From: Alphaproteobacteria bacterium
Lineage (GTDB): Bacteria > Pseudomonadota > Alphaproteobacteria > Bin95
Reading direction: 5' to 3'
Assembly: GCA_963665325.3 (NCBI GenBank)
Contig: CAXXWS020000002.1
Coordinates: 416,001-480,000 of the forward strand
DNA length: 64,000 nt
A program made the translations under genes and the position numbers. Shown here in pieces: positions 59,941 through 64,000 of the stretch. The notes under the pieces were generated by a model. The model was not told the DNA's origin. It saw only the letters and a program-made list of their open reading frames with translations, and searched no databases. Each line of letters opens with the position of its first letter. Position 1 is the first letter of the stretch.

Positions 59941-59970
59941 GCCCGGCGCCGAAAGGCGTCGGGCTTTCTT
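59941..59970 (+). terminator. Intrinsic terminator closing the motif-regulated array
   Basis: GCCCGGCGCC-GAAA-GGCGTCGGGC followed by TTTCTT. Confidence 0.7.
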
Positions 59971-60139
59971 CATGTTGCGGTCGCCGGGACGGCTCGCCCT
60001 CAACGCTGCGTTGCGCCCCGTCCGGCTCCCGCATTACCTGCCGGAGCCCGGGGTTTCCTGCCGATTGTCCGGCCCGCACCCCGCTTCACCCATCGGGGCC
60101 CCTTGCGCCGATCCGCGCCGCTGCCCTATCCTTCGCTCA

Positions 60140-60370
60140 TGAGGTATGCCCTGGAGAATGTCGAGAAAATAGGTTGGCACACCTGTGCACCCAGGTGCAA
60201 TTCAAACTATCAACAATTTCAACGACTTATCCGGTCGATGAAATTCGGAAGGCGCGGCACACGGAACCCGGAGGACCAGCCGCCCGGTGGATGTATCCGG
60301 GGAGCACCGATCGCATGCTCCGATCGGCCATTCCTGCGCTTGCCTGTTACGTGAACACTGGGCCCTGACG
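60140..60370. other. Candidate oriT/relaxase promoter region
   Basis: AT-richer non-coding stretch directly upstream of the relaxases; inverted repeat CACCTG..CAGGTG near 60178-60197; nic site not identified. Confidence 0.4.
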
Positions 60371-61627
60371 ATGGTAGCGAGGATCACCAAACTGACGAAA
60401 CCGGACCTCTATGCCGGACGCAGGGCGCCCTGGACCGGCAAATGGCGCAACCCGTCAGGCCTGCTGCATCTCGCGGACGGCGGCGCCGTTTCCGACAGGG
60501 ACTTCCTTTCCCTGTGGAGGGGGTTCGCGCCCGGAGACGGCTGGCCCCTGTCGCGCCGCGCCCTCAGCCGGACCCACATGCCCGGCTTCGACATCGTGCT
60601 CTCGCCCGACAAGTCGATCTCGGCGCTCTGGGCCATCTCTCCGGAGTTCGACCGCAAGCGCATCGAGCGCACGGTCATGGACGCGGCCGGGATCGCGATC
60701 ACCCGCACGGTCTTCCGGCATTGCGCTGTCACCCGGGCCGGTACGTCCGGCAGGAATTTTCAGGTTGAGACCGGCGACATCCTGGTCGCGATCTTCCCGT
60801 TCCACATCTCCCGCGAACTCGATCCGCAACTGGACGTCAGCTGCGCCATCTTCAATTTGGTGCAGACGCACCGGGACCTGAGGTTCCGGACCCTGCACGC
60901 CTATCCCCTGTATTCCTGGCAGAAGGCCATCGGCGCCACTTTCCGGAGCCGTTTGGCGTATCGGTTGCGCAGCCGCCTCAGCATCGGGATGGAACGGCAT
61001 GGCGAGCAAGGCGAATACACCCGCATCCGGTGCATGGACCCCGGCCTCGAAGAGTTCTGGAGCAAACGGAAATCAAAGTTGTTGGCCAGTCGGGCAAGGA
61101 AGACAATGCCCGACCCGACATCCCTCCACGGCGCCCAATCATCGAGTGCGCCTCTGCGGATCAAACGCACGGCGATCGACGCTGACACGGCCAGGTTCAG
61201 GGATGAAGCAGCCGCATTCGTCGATCCCGATGCCCTGCATACACGGATCGTCCGGTCCGCATCCAATGACGTGACTGAACGCCAGCACGACAGCGTCCGC
61301 CGGGAGATCGACGACATTCCCCGCACGCTCGCCGCGTCGGACCTGGTCTTCAACACGGCCGACATCGTCGCCCGGGTGGAGAACGCCGCCGGCGGCCTGT
61401 TCGACGACGACGCCATGGACGGGTGGCTCGAATTCGCCCTGGCCGCCGACAACCTGCTCCCGCTGGACCATGAAGACCCGAACCCCGACGCCGTCGCCGG
61501 CATGGCCCACAAGCGCCTGTTCACGACCCGTGACATCCTGGACGCCAACCCGGATCACAAGCGGCTTTCCGGCCTCAGAGTTGCGCCTCTACAGCCGGAA
61601 GCACCCACGGAGCCTTCGCGGTGGTAG
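60371..61627 (+). CDS. Degenerate MobF/TrwC relaxase-domain protein (predicted catalytically inactive)
   Basis: PGFDIVLSPDKSISALWA; SRELDPQLDVS in place of SREGDPQLHVH; YY..YY cluster absent; no helicase. Confidence 0.8.
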   Translation: MVARITKLTKPDLYAGRRAPWTGKWRNPSGLLHLADGGAVSDRDFLSLWRGFAPGDGWPLSRRALSRTHMPGFDIVLSPDKSISALWAISPEFDRKRIERTVMDAAGIAITRTVFRHCAVTRAGTSGRNFQVETGDILVAIFPFHISRELDPQLDVSCAIFNLVQTHRDLRFRTLHAYPLYSWQKAIGATFRSRLAYRLRSRLSIGMERHGEQGEYTRIRCMDPGLEEFWSKRKSKLLASRARKTMPDPTSLHGAQSSSAPLRIKRTAIDADTARFRDEAAAFVDPDALHTRIVRSASNDVTERQHDSVRREIDDIPRTLAASDLVFNTADIVARVENAAGGLFDDDAMDGWLEFALAADNLLPLDHEDPNPDAVAGMAHKRLFTTRDILDANPDHKRLSGLRVAPLQPEAPTEPSRW

Positions 61628-64000
61628 CGACGATCGCCAAGATGGCCGTGCCGTCCTACTACATCGAGAGCCAGGCGGCGCATGAGGGCTACTACACGGG
61701 CGGCGGCAAGGAGCGCCCGGGCGAGTGGTACAACCCGACCGGCCTCTTCCGTCTGAAGGATGGCGGCCTCGTCTGGGAGAAGAAGTTCTACGCCCTCTGT
61801 GGCGGCCGGTCGCCGGAACTCGACGGCACCGACCTCGTGCGCAATGCCGGCTCGGAGAAACGGTCGCCCGGCTTCGACATCACCTTCTCGGCCGACAAGT
61901 CGATATCCGCGCTCTGGGCGGTCTCGCCGAGGGCGGAAGACCGCGAGAAGATCGAGCGCGCCGTGATCGACGCCGCGCGCTGCGCTCTCGACGAGACCGT
62001 GTTCAGGCATTGCGCGACCACGCGTGTCGGCAAGTCAGGCGTGGATCTCCGTATCGAGACCGGCGACATGCTGGCGGCGATCTTCCTCCACCGCACGTCG
62101 CGCGAGGGCGATCCGCAGCTGCACGTGCATTCGACGATCTTCAATGTCGTCAAGACGCACTCTGACGGCAAATACCGCGCCCTGCACGGCTATCCGCTCT
62201 ATTCCTGGAAGAAGGCCGCAGGCGCGGCGTTCCGGGGCCATCTCGCCCACATCATGCAGGAACGCCTCGGCATCGCCATGGAGCGGCACGGGCCCGAGGG
62301 CCAGTACAGCCGCATCCGCGAGATGGACGGCGATCTGGAGCAGTTGTGGAGCAAGCGGCGCGCCCAGCTCGTTGCGACCGTTGCCGAACATCTGGGCGAG
62401 GAAGCGCTCGCCAACCCGGCCCAGATGGCCGCCGCGACGCTTGCAACCCGTTCGCGAAAGCCCGAGGGCGGTCCCTCGACGGAGGAAGACATCGAGCGCT
62501 TCCTGGAGGAGGCCGCTGAACTCGTCGATGTCGCGGAACTCCGGGACCGCATCCGCAATGCCGGGATCGAGGAGCTCACCCACGAGCGCATCGCCGAAAT
62601 CCACGACGAGATCGTCGCGATCCCGGAGAAGCTCGCGCGGATGGAGGCCGTCTTCAATGTCCCGAACATCATGGAGAAGCTCGAGAACGCACTTGCCGGC
62701 GCCGTCGACCGCGAGGCCATGCAGCGCTGGCGCGAGGTTGCGCTCGGGAATGCCGAGCTGGTCTCCCTCGAATATCCGGAGCCCGCCATCGAGGCCCAGG
62801 CCGGCATGGCGCACAAGCAGATCTTCACCACGAAGGAAACGCTCCGCGCCGAGCGCACCCTGCGCCACATCTCCGGCCTCTCGGTTTCGGACCGCACCCA
62901 CGCCGCCGATCCGGACAAGGTCGCGCGGCTCCTCGAGGACCTCGGCAACCGGGGCAAGCGCTTCAGCGCCGAGCAACGCAGGGCCATCCAGTACGCCGCG
63001 GCGGACTCCGGGCGGATCGCCCTCATCGAGGGGGCGGCCGGCGCCGGCAAGTCCCACGTGCTGGGGCCGCTCGCGGACCTCTGGCGCGCCGAAGGCTACA
63101 AGGTGCGCGCACTCGCGGTCGCCTGGTCGGTCGCACGCGAGCTCGCCAGCGACATCGACGCGCCGCCGAGCGCCGTCCATCCCTTCCTGAAGGACGTCCA
63201 CAAGGGCGCCGTCAATGTCGGCCCCGACACCGTCCTGGTCGTGGACGAAGCCGGCATGCTGTCGACGCGCCAGACGCTGCAGCTCGCCAGGCTGAGCGAG
63301 GAGACCGGCTGCAAGCTCCTGCTGGTCGGCGACACGCAGCAGCAGCAGCCGATCGAAGCCGGGCCGGGCATGCGCATCGTCAAACAGCGCGTGAAGGGCG
63401 TGCGCATCGACCGCATCCGCCGACAGCTCCCGACGGTCGAGGACTATCTGCGCGAGATCGTGGGCCTGCCGGCTGAAGAAGCCATTGCGACGGCGGCGCC
63501 GATGACCCGCGAGGAACGCGACGCCGCCAGCAAGCGCTACACCGCCATGCGCCGCGAACGCCGGGCGGCCGGCGAGGAGCCCCTCTCCATCAAGCGCCCC
63601 TGGCAGCTCGGCGTATCGGCGCTGCTGCGCACGGGCGCCATGCACCAGGCGTTCATCGAGATCCACAAGCGCGGCCGCTTCACGCTGGCCGAAGGCAAGG
63701 AAGACGCGCTGCTCCGGCTCGTCGCCCACTGGTCCGCCTGGATGGCGGAGAACCCGGAGGGCGAGGCCGTCGTCATGGCGCGCACCCGCGCCGACGTGCG
63801 CGCGCTGAACGCCCTGCTTCGCGCCCGGCACCACGGCGCGAACGCACCGCCCGACTACAATCCCGCGACGGACTCCGCCGTCATCCGGATCCACCGCTTC
63901 CGCGACCGGGGCAAGGCCGTGGAGGACGATTTAGAGGTCCGCATCGGCGACCGCCTCCGGATCGGTGCCACCGTCTCCCGGCTCGGCCTCTACAACCGCG
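61621..64000 (+). CDS. MobF (TrwC/TraA-type) relaxase-helicase, partial
   Basis: Manual translation MVATIAKMAVPSYYIESQAAHEGYYTGG, PGFDITFSADKS, HRTSREGDPQLHVH, IEGAAGAGKS, VVDEAGM. Confidence 0.92.
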   Translation, partial: MVATIAKMAVPSYYIESQAAHEGYYTGGGKERPGEWYNPTGLFRLKDGGLVWEKKFYALCGGRSPELDGTDLVRNAGSEKRSPGFDITFSADKSISALWAVSPRAEDREKIERAVIDAARCALDETVFRHCATTRVGKSGVDLRIETGDMLAAIFLHRTSREGDPQLHVHSTIFNVVKTHSDGKYRALHGYPLYSWKKAAGAAFRGHLAHIMQERLGIAMERHGPEGQYSRIREMDGDLEQLWSKRRAQLVATVAEHLGEEALANPAQMAAATLATRSRKPEGGPSTEEDIERFLEEAAELVDVAELRDRIRNAGIEELTHERIAEIHDEIVAIPEKLARMEAVFNVPNIMEKLENALAGAVDREAMQRWREVALGNAELVSLEYPEPAIEAQAGMAHKQIFTTKETLRAERTLRHISGLSVSDRTHAADPDKVARLLEDLGNRGKRFSAEQRRAIQYAAADSGRIALIEGAAGAGKSHVLGPLADLWRAEGYKVRALAVAWSVARELASDIDAPPSAVHPFLKDVHKGAVNVGPDTVLVVDEAGMLSTRQTLQLARLSEETGCKLLLVGDTQQQQPIEAGPGMRIVKQRVKGVRIDRIRRQLPTVEDYLREIVGLPAEEAIATAAPMTREERDAASKRYTAMRRERRAAGEEPLSIKRPWQLGVSALLRTGAMHQAFIEIHKRGRFTLAEGKEDALLRLVAHWSAWMAENPEGEAVVMARTRADVRALNALLRARHHGANAPPDYNPATDSAVIRIHRFRDRGKAVEDDLEVRIGDRLRIGATVSRLGLYNR

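Larger units (their letters stand above)
38949..64000 (+). mobile_element. Integrated plasmid/ICE-like element (MOBF); left end uncertain (38125-38940), extends beyond window
   Basis: Rep-like gene with iterons, parAB, serine recombinase, primases, ssb, MobF relaxases; nearly all on the + strand. Confidence 0.85.

Noticed and set aside
60178-60212. R388-like nic site (IR followed by GGTGCAATTCAAACTATC)
   Set aside because: The similarity is weak and on the strand opposite to that expected if the array is the leading region; kept only as a candidate oriT region.

Overview
High-GC, alphaproteobacterial-looking DNA in two halves. Bases 1-~38,100 are chromosomal: a catabolic cluster (TauD fragment, M20 amidohydrolase, VOC, hydantoinase/oxoprolinase A+B, orphan Mo-hydroxylase large subunit, ornithine cyclodeaminase-like), SDRs, two TA modules, a cyclase, a threonine synthase-like gene, an MlrC-like peptidase, an ABC transporter with a split Fe-S hydro-lyase, MFS pumps, an EEP nuclease gene flanked by a duplicated promoter, pcaD and metY. 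At ~38,125 an isopropylmalate/isocitrate dehydrogenase-family gene is cut off and meets an orphan attenuator-like leader head-to-head. Bases ~38,950-64,000 are an integrated plasmid/ICE-like element: a Rep-like gene with internal iterons, ParAB, DUF5131, a thermonuclease, a large serine recombinase, two primase paralogs, ssb, an apparently dead MobF relaxase copy and an intact MobF relaxase-helicase. The most striking signal is the ~10 kb before the relaxases. Twelve copies of a conserved motif (AAGGTSGGGAAGGGG, often the 3' arm of a covarying hairpin) each sit 34-82 bp upstream of an ORF. The cargo includes two paralogous proteins built from 8 tandem C4 zinc-finger/basic-helix repeats. All calls come from reading motifs by eye; no database searches were run.
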